Source: an uncultured virus (IMG/VR IMGVR_UViG_3300010345_000156) (Duplodnaviria; Heunggongvirae; Uroviricota; Caudoviricetes). Taken from it: a stretch of DNA of 64,000 bases. How positions within the stretch are numbered: position 1 is the first letter of the stretch; each line of letters begins with the position of its first letter. Below, one piece after another: positions 18,899-27,742 of this stretch. The notes beneath the pieces were generated by a model. The model was not told where the DNA came from and ran no database searches. It worked only from the letters and a program-made list of their open reading frames with translations. Both the position numbers and the translations under genes were made by a program. The stretch lies in IMG/VR virus record IMGVR_UViG_3300010345_000156. One strand, 5' to 3'.

Positions 18899-20653
18899 AT
18901 GGATTTTAAAAATCTTGCTAGTAAAATTATAGATGATGTTTCTGGTATTAAGTCTACAGAAACATCTAAACATGTTGAAGAAAATGATATCCTAGAAGGT
19001 TTAGATCTAGACTTTTCAGAAACAGTTTCTAAAAATCTTTCTGAAGACTTTGATTTAGACATTGAAGAAATTGAGCCTGAGCAAAAAGTTGAACAATTAT
19101 TTGACGGATACCTTGGTGAGAAAAACTTCGATCCAAACCCATTAGAATATGGTCCAAACGCAATGTATAGAAAAAATGGAGTTGTTTATAGAAAGTCAGT
19201 AGACAATCTCTGGGAAGCTTATTTAAAAGATGGCGCTCAAGGCCCTAGAGGTGCTGCTGGAGGGTCTGGTGTCGGTGTACAAGAAGTCCGTAGAGAAATT
19301 AGCTCAAATCCTATAGTTGGAAATTTTTCAGCAGAATCTTCTTATGTAGCTTCTGAAAAACCAGTTCTTACAAAATATTCATTACCAACTAGATATCTAG
19401 ACAGACCAATTAGAATTGCTACCTTCGGAGATAGTAAAGCTGATTGGGTTATGTCAGGGCCTTTGGTGAAAACTGATACTGAGAATTGGTACGTTCCAAT
19501 AACTAGTGCGAATTCATCCATATTATTTACTAAAGACAAATTATGGTTAAAGCTTCGTAAAAATTATATTGCAGTTGCTAATGGTGGTCGTTCTGGACAA
19601 TCAACATCTCAAATGATTAGTAGATCAAGATCAGCATATACAAACGATAGACGAGCAATACAAGATATAATTTCAAAAAAACCTGATGTTATGTTATTTA
19701 GAGGAAATTTAAATGATATATTACTATCAATTAATGGTAATAGTACTTATGAAGAAATTGTATCAGCCTCTAACTTTTATTTTAATCAATATAAACAATT
19801 AGTCAAATTAGTTACTGATTCTGGTATTCCAGTTATAGATACTGGTATTCTTGGATTTTCTAATCTAAGTGCTACATATACGGATATTATTAGGAATAGA
19901 GTTTTGTCATGTAGTATAATAAAACAATTAATTTTAAATGAAAGTTTATCCGACCCATTGTGGAGATTTTTGGATTGCGAAGGAACGATAGTCGAGAATT
20001 TCAGATTTTTACCCGGAATGTCTAATGATGGTATACATATGACAGAATATGGTGGGTTTAAGTTGTCTGAATTGGAAGATATCGAAATTCGAAAGTTGTA
20101 TGTAGCAAATACATTAAATTTAACAATGCCATATGATACTATTAGAGATTATGCAAACTTTACAACTACCGCTGGTTATGCTAAACCACTTAATAGAAAT
20201 ATCAATTTAACTAATAGTTTAATTTTGTCATCATCTTCAGTAACTTTAGATAAATGGAATTTGGTATATGAAACTAGTTCTAATAGTAATACATTACAAG
20301 TATCTATAGTAAATTTTAGAGCCGAGGTTTTAAGTGCATTAACATCTGGTGATAATTTTTTTGTAAGATATAAGATATTTATTCAAAATACTAATGGTAC
20401 TGCGGTCGATGATGTTTTATTTTCTAGACGTTTTAGACCATACACATCAGCAAATACTAATTATATCATTTATGAAGACACATTTACTAAAACTGTTAAT
20501 GGATGGATTGATTATCTAGCACAAAATGCAATGCCAAATAATTCGTCTACGTTTGGAACTAGTACACATTGTTACTTTGCTATAGCTAATTTACCACAAG
20601 GAATTTATAATATAACTGTATATCCAGAGTATGTTTATAAATATGTAATATAA
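18899..20653 (+). CDS. anchor module fused to SGNH/GDSL hydrolase
   Basis: SGNH blocks TFGDS, NGGRSG, RGNLND, DGIH. Confidence 0.8.
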   Translation: MDFKNLASKIIDDVSGIKSTETSKHVEENDILEGLDLDFSETVSKNLSEDFDLDIEEIEPEQKVEQLFDGYLGEKNFDPNPLEYGPNAMYRKNGVVYRKSVDNLWEAYLKDGAQGPRGAAGGSGVGVQEVRREISSNPIVGNFSAESSYVASEKPVLTKYSLPTRYLDRPIRIATFGDSKADWVMSGPLVKTDTENWYVPITSANSSILFTKDKLWLKLRKNYIAVANGGRSGQSTSQMISRSRSAYTNDRRAIQDIISKKPDVMLFRGNLNDILLSINGNSTYEEIVSASNFYFNQYKQLVKLVTDSGIPVIDTGILGFSNLSATYTDIIRNRVLSCSIIKQLILNESLSDPLWRFLDCEGTIVENFRFLPGMSNDGIHMTEYGGFKLSELEDIEIRKLYVANTLNLTMPYDTIRDYANFTTTAGYAKPLNRNINLTNSLILSSSSVTLDKWNLVYETSSNSNTLQVSIVNFRAEVLSALTSGDNFFVRYKIFIQNTNGTAVDDVLFSRRFRPYTSANTNYIIYEDTFTKTVNGWIDYLAQNAMPNNSSTFGTSTHCYFAIANLPQGIYNITVYPEYVYKYVI

Positions 20654-20675
20654 CTTAATTTTAAAAAGCCTTTCC

Positions 20676-20705
20676 AAAAAGCCTATCCTAATAAGATGGG
20701 CTTTT
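20676..20705 (+). terminator. intrinsic terminator, identical to 58458-58487
   Basis: AAAAAGCCTATC-loop-GATGGGCTTTT. Confidence 0.75.
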
Positions 20706-20720
20706 CTTATAAATATAATT

Positions 20721-20879
20721 ATGAAACTCCTAGAATTTCTAAAAACAAACTCTAAAGATCCTAAGATAAAAGAGATCATAAAAAGAATCCAAAAGAAATA
20801 TAAAAAAGATTCTAATGAAACATTCCTAGATCTCCCTCAAGGAAAAATGAAATTCCCTAAAAATGTAAAACAAAATTAA
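20721..20879 (+). CDS. small basic hypothetical protein (52 aa)
   Basis: Below ORF-track cutoff; MKLLEFLKTNSK...; TATAAATA 5 nt upstream. Confidence 0.55.
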   Translation: MKLLEFLKTNSKDPKIKEIIKRIQKKYKKDSNETFLDLPQGKMKFPKNVKQN

Positions 20880-20907
20880 TAAATATAATTAAAGAGGATT
20901 TTAAATT

Positions 20908-21066
20908 ATGGAAAAAAGACTTGTAGAACTAATGAATGAACAAGATTATGTAAATGCTAAACCTATTCTTGAAAAACATGCCGCAAACGTTCTCGTAAAA
21001 TTGGTAGAAAAAAAGAAACAAGAATATACCGAATCTATGAAGAATAAGTTTGGCAAAAAAGTATAA
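20908..21066 (+). CDS. small putative prohead core protein (gp67-like position, 52 aa)
   Basis: MEKRLVELMNEQDYVNAK...; GAGGA SD; lies just before gp21. Confidence 0.6.
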   Translation: MEKRLVELMNEQDYVNAKPILEKHAANVLVKLVEKKKQEYTESMKNKFGKKV

Positions 21067-21081
21067 GAAGGAGTATAGGAA

Positions 21082-21741
21082 ATGACTCCTGGAAAACTAT
21101 TGATAGAAATGACTGGATATGATGATTTAGAATATTTAACTGAAGGTCAGGGTGATATATCTTCCAAAAAATATTTCATATCTGGTCCCTTCATGGAATT
21201 ATCTAAAAAAAATCGCAATGGAAGAATATATGAAGCCGAAGTTATAATACCAGAAATTAATAGATTCGTTAAAGAAAAAGTCAATACTAGACGAGCCCTC
21301 GGACGTTGCGATCATCCAAAATTGGAGTCTACGGTATTAGCATCAGAAGCGTCTCACGTTATAACTGAAATGAAAATTGATAATAATATTGTTTACGGAA
21401 AAGCAGAAATACTTGACACACAACCTTATGGTAGAAATGTTAAAGTTCTAATTGATGCTAAAATTCAATTAGCTGTCAGTACAAGGGGGGTTGGCTCACT
21501 CGACAGCCTGGGTAACGTAGGAAATAACTACAAATTTTTGACGGCTGACATAGTATCAGACCCTAGTTGTCAAATTGCATTTGTAGAAAGTATTTTAGAA
21601 AATCAAGAGTATATAATTCAAGATGATAAATTAGTAGCAATTAATATGGAAGAATTTAATAAGAATCTTTCTAAGAATGGTACCAGGAATTTATATGAAG
21701 ATTTAAATAATTTTCTAAAAAGTCTCTCTAGAAAAATATAA
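21082..21741 (+). CDS. gp21: prohead protease gp21
   Basis: KNRNGRIY, ALGRCDHP, VSTRGVGS, DIVSDPS. Confidence 0.93.
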   Translation: MTPGKLLIEMTGYDDLEYLTEGQGDISSKKYFISGPFMELSKKNRNGRIYEAEVIIPEINRFVKEKVNTRRALGRCDHPKLESTVLASEASHVITEMKIDNNIVYGKAEILDTQPYGRNVKVLIDAKIQLAVSTRGVGSLDSLGNVGNNYKFLTADIVSDPSCQIAFVESILENQEYIIQDDKLVAINMEEFNKNLSKNGTRNLYEDLNNFLKSLSRKI

Positions 21742-21760
21742 AAAGACTTTAAATATTTCA

Positions 21761-21790
21761 AAAATGACCAAACTAAAAGTTGGTCATTTT
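21761..21790 (+). terminator. intrinsic terminator
   Basis: AAAATGACCAA/TTGGTCATTTT inverted repeat. Confidence 0.7.
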
Positions 21791-21922
21791 TATTTTAATC
21801 AAGATATTCTAAAACTAATTTTATTTCCTATTTATTAATCTCTTTCCAAAAAAATTTCCCAGTATAAAAATTTATTTTTCAAATTGACTAAATATTTTCA
21901 TAACCTTAATGGGGAGAAAAAG

Positions 21923-22900
21923 ATGAAAGTATTAGATACATTTAAAGACTCGTTAACTCCTGAACAGTATGCTTCTATTGAAGAGTCTATTCAGAGTTTA
22001 ATTGAGGAAAAGGCTAAGATCAGAGTTGAGATGATTGTAGAAGAGGAAAAGCTTAGACTTGAAGAACTTGCCGAAGAGTTTTGTGAAATGGAAGTCAAAA
22101 ACCGTTTAGAAACTGAGAAGGCAAAACTTAATGAAGAGTATGAAGCAAAGGTAAAAGAGTTTAAGGAAGTTGCTACAGAACAATTACAAACTCTTGCTGA
22201 AAAATATGTTCAAGAAAAGATTGATGAAGCTGTAGAACTAAAGAATAAAGAGCTTGATGAAAAGTTTGAAGAAAAGATTCAATCATTAGAGGAATCAGTT
22301 CTTGAAAATCTTGATAAGTTCTTAGAGTTAGAAATTACTTCAAAGATTTCAGATGAGATTTTTGAATCAGTTGCTAAGTATAAAGCTCATGAACCTATTA
22401 TCACGGGTATCTTAAGTCTTTTCGAAAATAACTTAGTAGCACTTCCTCAAGATGGTGAAAAACAAATCAAGGAAGCTCAAGAAAAAGTTAAACTTACTGA
22501 ATCAAAACTGAATGAATCAATTTCAGAAAAAATTCAATTACAAGCTAAAGTAGATACACTTAAAACTGGTTTACTCATTGCTTCAAAATGTGATGGATTA
22601 ACTGAAAAACAAAAGTCAAGAGTTATTTCTATGTTTGAAGGAAAATCTTTTGATGAAGTAAATGCTAAAATTGATACCTTCGTAGATGTCTTAAACGAAT
22701 CTGAAATGGATTTTATAGACACTCCAGCAAAAGGTTCTAAAAAAACTTCAAAGAAACAATCATTAAATGAAGATATCTTTGCTGATCTAGATATAGAAGA
22801 AGAATCAGAAACCATTCAAGAAAATGCAGAAGATGATGATGAAAATGGTTCTGAAATTAGTTTGGTAAATCTGGAAAAAATAAATCGCTTAATTAAATAA
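21923..22900 (+). CDS. gp22: prohead scaffolding protein gp22-like
   Basis: Acidic coiled coil between gp21 and gp23; GLTEKQKSRV motif; GGGGAG SD. Confidence 0.85.
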   Translation: MKVLDTFKDSLTPEQYASIEESIQSLIEEKAKIRVEMIVEEEKLRLEELAEEFCEMEVKNRLETEKAKLNEEYEAKVKEFKEVATEQLQTLAEKYVQEKIDEAVELKNKELDEKFEEKIQSLEESVLENLDKFLELEITSKISDEIFESVAKYKAHEPIITGILSLFENNLVALPQDGEKQIKEAQEKVKLTESKLNESISEKIQLQAKVDTLKTGLLIASKCDGLTEKQKSRVISMFEGKSFDEVNAKIDTFVDVLNESEMDFIDTPAKGSKKTSKKQSLNEDIFADLDIEEESETIQENAEDDDENGSEISLVNLEKINRLIK

Positions 22901-22933
22901 ATAATTTTAACAACTCTTAAGGAGAGATATAAA

Positions 22934-24223
22934 ATGGATAATGTAAAAAATGCTCAACAAATCCTAGAAAAATGGATGAATGTTAAGGGAAAGCTTTCAG
23001 TAGCTTCTATCCCAGATGCCGATCTCAGAATGAATATGGCAGTTCTTTTAGAAAACCAAATGACTGCAAATACCGGAGATCTTTTCGAATCAGATACTGG
23101 CGTCACAAACTTCGGTTCAAATGGTGGTGATGGCGCTCGATTCTCACCAATCACTCTTGCACTTGTTCGTAGAAGTTATTACGAACACTTTGCACACAAG
23201 TGTATCGGTTTCCAGACTATGCAAGGCCCCGTCGGTTTAGCTTATGCTCTCCGTAAGGTTTATGACATTCCTGGTCTTCCTGGTCCAAGTTCATATCTCG
23301 GCGGATCCGATTCTTACGAAGCTGCTTTCCGTGCGATGAATGAATATTCTGGATATACTGGTTCACAAGCAGGATCTGCTCTAACCACTCCTACTTCTGC
23401 AATTTATGATCCAACTTCTTCAGCTTTTGGTATGTTTGGTACTGGTGCTGTTACTTCTGCTGCTCAAGCTTGGAAGATTGGTACTACAATGCCATCCCTT
23501 CGTCTATTCATGGACAAGGTTGCTATTGAAGCCAAGACTCGTAAACTTGCCGCATCGTTCTCACTTGAAGCTGCACAAGATCTTAAGTCAATGCAGAATA
23601 TTGATATCGAACGAGAAATGTTAGAAATTCTTGCTGCTGAAATTCCTGCTGAAAGAGATAGAGAAATTATTGGTAGAATGATGCAAGCTTCTGTTAATAC
23701 GGCAATTGGCGGCCGCGCTTACTACTTGCACGATTGCAGCGGCTCAGACGGGCGCTGGAGTCAAGAAAAGTTTAGTAACATTATAAACGTTATTACTCAA
23801 GTATCAAATGAAATTGCTCAAGCAACTTTCCGTGGTGCAGCTACGTTCGTCATCGTTTCCAACAGAGTTGCTACCGCCTTACAATCGTGCAGTCCCCAGT
23901 TCACAGCTAATACTGCTGATGTAAATGCGTCTACAACTGTTACTGAAATTGGTAAGATTAATGGTACAATGACTGTTTATCGTGATAGTCAGGCTCCTAT
24001 TGATTATGCACTTCTAGGATATAAAGGTCCTGGTATTAATGATACTGGTATTATTCTCTCTGACTATATCACCGGATTAACTAATAAAGCAGTTCGACCC
24101 GATGACTTCGGGGTGAACGTGGGCGTCCTCTCGCGCTACGCAATTACTGACTCATTACTTGGTGCTGGTAGATATTACAGAACCATCAAGTTTACCAATC
24201 TTGATAAGGTTATTGGTGCATAA
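22934..24223 (+). CDS. gp23: major capsid protein gp23
   Basis: MAVLLENQ, LVRR, QTMQGPVGLAYALR, IEAKTRKL...SLEAAQDLK, SRYA. Confidence 0.96.
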   Translation: MDNVKNAQQILEKWMNVKGKLSVASIPDADLRMNMAVLLENQMTANTGDLFESDTGVTNFGSNGGDGARFSPITLALVRRSYYEHFAHKCIGFQTMQGPVGLAYALRKVYDIPGLPGPSSYLGGSDSYEAAFRAMNEYSGYTGSQAGSALTTPTSAIYDPTSSAFGMFGTGAVTSAAQAWKIGTTMPSLRLFMDKVAIEAKTRKLAASFSLEAAQDLKSMQNIDIEREMLEILAAEIPAERDREIIGRMMQASVNTAIGGRAYYLHDCSGSDGRWSQEKFSNIINVITQVSNEIAQATFRGAATFVIVSNRVATALQSCSPQFTANTADVNASTTVTEIGKINGTMTVYRDSQAPIDYALLGYKGPGINDTGIILSDYITGLTNKAVRPDDFGVNVGVLSRYAITDSLLGAGRYYRTIKFTNLDKVIGA

Positions 24224-24257
24224 GTTATAAATTTAATCTAAAGAACCTAAAAAGTTC

Positions 24258-24286
24258 TTGACAAGTTAAATTAAATATTGGAAGAT
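24258..24286 (+). promoter_or_regulatory. sigma70-like promoter for the HNH gene
   Basis: TTGACA-N17-GAAGAT, same family as 973 and 1585. Confidence 0.65.
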
Positions 24287-24288
24287 AT

Positions 24289-24313
24289 AAGAGTCTAGAA
24301 ATAGGCTCTTTTT
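24289..24313 (+). terminator. terminator after gp23
   Basis: AAGAGTCTA-GAAA-TAGGCTCTT followed by T run. Confidence 0.7.
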
Positions 24314-24352
24314 AGTTTCTAAACAAAAATAACAAAGGAAAAATATGTAAAA

Positions 24353-25543
24353 ATGAATTATCAAAGAATATATGATGAAATAATTGAAAATGCTAAAAAA
24401 CAAAATAGAAAGAAAAATAAAGGAATATATTACGAAAAACATCACATCATACCGAAATGTAAGGGAGGATCTAATCATAAATCTAACTTGGTTTTATTAA
24501 CTGGTAGAGAACATTTCTTAGCACATAAACTTTTACATAAAGCGTATCCAGATGATAGAAAATTATTTCTTGGATATTTTTGTATGTGTACTTATGATAA
24601 TGGATTGAGAGATATAAAAAATTCTAAAGAGTTTGATGAAGTTAGAAAACAATTTGGAGAACTTAATAAACAAAGAGTTTATACACAAGAAATGCGAGAT
24701 GATATATCTAAAAGAATGAAGAAATTTCATGAAGATAATCCAGAATTTAAAGATGTTATGTCTTTGTATATGAAACAATATTATATAGATCATCCAGAAG
24801 CGCTAAAAGAAATGTCTAATAGAGCTATAGAATATTATAAAACACATGATGGTTCTAATAAGGGTAGAATTTTTGGTCCTATGTCTGATGAACGAAAAGA
24901 AATAATATCTATAAGTATGAAAAAATTTTACGAAACTAATGATGGTTATTGGAAAACTCATGAATTTTCAGAAGAACATAAAGAAAAAATTTCTAATGCA
25001 TTGTTAGAACTTCACAAAAATATGACAGAAGAAGAAAAGGAAGAATATTTTAAAAATCATAAACGTGGTGAAGATCATTACATGTTTGGTAAGCATCATA
25101 CAGAAGAAAATAAAGAATATCTTAGATCATTATTTAAAGACGTTCCATTAAAAGAAGATCATAAAAAGAATATTTCTATCGGTTTGAAAATTTTCTATGA
25201 TTCTTTGACTGATGAAGAACGAGAAATTCATATTGATAAAATAAAATTTAAACCAGAAAGAGCGTCTGAAGAACTTATGCGATATCTATCAGAATGTAAG
25301 ATGGGAGAAAAGAATTCATTTTTCGGAAAGCATCATACAGAAGAGACTAAACAGACTTTGAAAGAATATTTTGGTAAAGGTATTTTATATGATGGTGTTT
25401 ATTACGAATCTATTTCAGAATGTTCTAGAATGATTGGTAAAGCTAGAAAGAACATACGAATGAAGATGAAAAAAGAAATTGATTTAGGTAATGATAAATT
25501 TGCTTATGTGAAAGAATCTAAATCATCGTTTCATAATAAATAA
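24353..25543 (+). CDS. free-standing HNH homing endonuclease with NUMOD3-like repeats
   Basis: EKHHIIPKCKGG..NLVLLTGREHFLAH; FGKHHTEE twice. Confidence 0.9.
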   Translation: MNYQRIYDEIIENAKKQNRKKNKGIYYEKHHIIPKCKGGSNHKSNLVLLTGREHFLAHKLLHKAYPDDRKLFLGYFCMCTYDNGLRDIKNSKEFDEVRKQFGELNKQRVYTQEMRDDISKRMKKFHEDNPEFKDVMSLYMKQYYIDHPEALKEMSNRAIEYYKTHDGSNKGRIFGPMSDERKEIISISMKKFYETNDGYWKTHEFSEEHKEKISNALLELHKNMTEEEKEEYFKNHKRGEDHYMFGKHHTEENKEYLRSLFKDVPLKEDHKKNISIGLKIFYDSLTDEEREIHIDKIKFKPERASEELMRYLSECKMGEKNSFFGKHHTEETKQTLKEYFGKGILYDGVYYESISECSRMIGKARKNIRMKMKKEIDLGNDKFAYVKESKSSFHNK

Positions 25544-25549
25544 TTCCAT

Positions 25550-25897
25550 ATGAAGTTTTCGCAAATTTATTTCTTAAAAACAATTTTAGAAAGTGATGAT
25601 ATTAAATATATTCCTTCAAGTGATGAGATAAGAAAATTTAATCAAGTTCGTAAAGGTAACAAGATAGATTATTCTAAAGATTTTCACAACAGAGTTTTAA
25701 AGAAGTTTTATTCGATTACAATAAAAATATTAGACGAGAAATTAAGAAAGTCTTTTGCGGAAATTATTTTCAAGAATATGGGAAATTTATCTGAATTGAT
25801 TTCTGAAGTTGAGAAGAAAAATAATTTAAACAATAAGCATAATAAATATAAAGAGTTGAGAGATTACATTGAAGATATTAAAGGAGAATTGAAATGA
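25550..25897 (+). CDS. hypothetical protein
   Basis: ORF after TAAATA. Confidence 0.65.
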   Translation: MKFSQIYFLKTILESDDIKYIPSSDEIRKFNQVRKGNKIDYSKDFHNRVLKKFYSITIKILDEKLRKSFAEIIFKNMGNLSELISEVEKKNNLNNKHNKYKELRDYIEDIKGELK

Positions 25898-26202
25898 TTT
25901 ACAAGAATATTAGACCATTTGCTATAGAAATTGTTAATACTGTTTTGAATGAGAGATATATAATTCAACCACAGGGGCTTACACCAAATATGCCAGAAGG
26001 ATTAGAGAATGGGGCTTATGCTGGGACATTAATTCCATTAGTTTCTGAGAGTCGTTTGGTAAGAGGAGTTGGTGAAAGAGATTCTGAACTATTTGAAACA
26101 GAGAATTCGAATGATGGTTTTTTTGAATCTGAAGAAATTGATCGTGGATTGATTCCATTAAATGAACAAAAACGTGGTAGAGGAAGACCTAAGAAGATTT
26201 AA
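25894..26202 (+). CDS. hypothetical protein with C-terminal AT-hook-like motif
   Basis: KRGRGRPKK at C-terminus; AAGGAG SD. Confidence 0.65.
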   Translation: MIYKNIRPFAIEIVNTVLNERYIIQPQGLTPNMPEGLENGAYAGTLIPLVSESRLVRGVGERDSELFETENSNDGFFESEEIDRGLIPLNEQKRGRGRPKKI

Positions 26203-26222
26203 AAATTTTTTGAAAATATTTA

Positions 26223-26256
26223 GAAAGGATTCAGTAAAATGAGTCCTTTTCTTTTT
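26223..26256 (+). terminator. intrinsic terminator
   Basis: AAAGGATTCA/TGAGTCCTTT stem and T-rich tail. Confidence 0.65.
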
Positions 26257-26281
26257 GAATAATTTTTTAATAAATATAAGT

Positions 26282-26965
26282 ATGGCTAATTTTGATTATT
26301 TTACCAGATTACCAAGTGATGTATATTTTAATCATTTCAATCCAAATTATGATAATGAAAGATTATTATATGATTTATTAATTACTGAGGGATATAATAA
26401 ACATGGTGTTTGTTGTTCGTATATTGTGACAACATTTAATACAAATTATGATAAGCTTTTTGGTGAAGATAATAATAGAAGATTTGAACGAAGATTTAAA
26501 TTAATGACATATTTTGATTTACCAAAAGAAACCAGAACTTTTAATAATGGTGGAATTGGTTGGACTGATGTATTTCATATATATGCTTCTATCAGACATT
26601 TTAATACAGCTTCTAAATTTGATTTTTCTGGAACTTCTGCATATCCTTCATATATTCCTAGAGTTGGAGATTTTCTTTCTACAGATTATAACAATATGTT
26701 TTATGAAATTATATCTGTAAAAATGCAAGAGGAACAGTTTTTACAACATCAACATTCATATGATTTTGTTGTTAAAGTTTACAGAGACAAATCTTTTTCA
26801 TTTAATCCTAGTACATCTGGAGATTTTAATGATTTAAGTCAATATGTAGGAAATGAAGATATATTTAATATTGGTCAGTTTATAAATGAATATAAAGAAG
26901 GGATAGTATATAAGCCAACTATTTCGGAATGTTCGCCTAGAGATCCTTTTAATGATTGGTTTTAA
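26282..26965 (+). CDS. gp14: neck protein gp14-like (paralog 2)
   Basis: Colinear with 8842 gene; both end ECSPRDPFNDW. Confidence 0.78.
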   Translation: MANFDYFTRLPSDVYFNHFNPNYDNERLLYDLLITEGYNKHGVCCSYIVTTFNTNYDKLFGEDNNRRFERRFKLMTYFDLPKETRTFNNGGIGWTDVFHIYASIRHFNTASKFDFSGTSAYPSYIPRVGDFLSTDYNNMFYEIISVKMQEEQFLQHQHSYDFVVKVYRDKSFSFNPSTSGDFNDLSQYVGNEDIFNIGQFINEYKEGIVYKPTISECSPRDPFNDWF

Positions 26966-26976
26966 TGGAGAGTATA

Positions 26977-27348
26977 ATGAGTAAGTTTAACAAATTTTTA
27001 ACAGAGAAAACAAATTCGATTCAAGAAGCTAAAGACAAAGAAGCTTTATTAAAACATAATATAATAACTTTTATGAATACTAAAGAAGTTTCTGAGGATG
27101 GTTTAGAAAGATTTGCTAAAGATAATGGTATTGGTATTACAGATTTATATTTAAAAATTGCAGAAATATTTAATAACTTTTTATATAGAGATGATGAATT
27201 TGATTTTGATAGGAAGCAATTAGAAAAAGGTATTGAACATGAATATGAACACACTAAAGATAGAGAAATTGCAAAGATAATAGCATTGGATCATATAAAG
27301 AAACTTCCAGACTATTATGATAAATTAGAAACTTTTGATAAGGATTAA
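26977..27348 (+). CDS. DUF5661-like protein
   Basis: GIEHEYEHT....A..IALDHI...PDYY..L motif; start MSKFNKFLTE after GGAG. Confidence 0.7.
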   Translation: MSKFNKFLTEKTNSIQEAKDKEALLKHNIITFMNTKEVSEDGLERFAKDNGIGITDLYLKIAEIFNNFLYRDDEFDFDRKQLEKGIEHEYEHTKDREIAKIIALDHIKKLPDYYDKLETFDKD

Positions 27349-27353
27349 GTTTT

Positions 27354-27740
27354 ATGACTGACAAAACAAATATAAATAATAATAAATACGAGGATACTCA
27401 ATTGTCTACAGACTTACTCACCAAATTTTTCGAGCAAATAAACAAAAAACTTGATGATATTAAAGATGAAGTTTCTTCTTTTAAAACTGAGACAAAACTT
27501 AACAATAAAGATTTCGAGAATAAAATTGAAAACCATGAAAATAGAATTGGTGTATTAGAAGTAGATAAGAAAGATAAAGAAAGTAAGATAAAAACTTGGA
27601 AAATACAAGTATCTGAAATTTCTTTTATTGCTTCTACTGCTACAGTATCTGTATTCGTCACTGCGATGGCTCTATTGGCTTTGTTTACAGTTCTTGGGGT
27701 AAATGTCGGGAATATTTTATCCAAGGTTTTTGGTGGGTAA
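27354..27740 (+). CDS. coiled-coil plus C-terminal TM membrane protein (holin/XhlA-like)
   Basis: HENRIGVLE coiled coil and hydrophobic VSVFVTAMALLALFTVLGV. Confidence 0.5.
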   Translation: MTDKTNINNNKYEDTQLSTDLLTKFFEQINKKLDDIKDEVSSFKTETKLNNKDFENKIENHENRIGVLEVDKKDKESKIKTWKIQVSEISFIASTATVSVFVTAMALLALFTVLGVNVGNILSKVFGG

Positions 27741-27742
27741 GA

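Larger units (their letters stand above)
9751..19033 (+). repeat. tandem direct duplication: 9751-14365 repeated at 14419-19033 (period 4668 bp)
   Basis: Identical translated ORFs at offset 4668; identity starts 9751/14419; first mismatch seen at 14366/19034. Confidence 0.95.
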
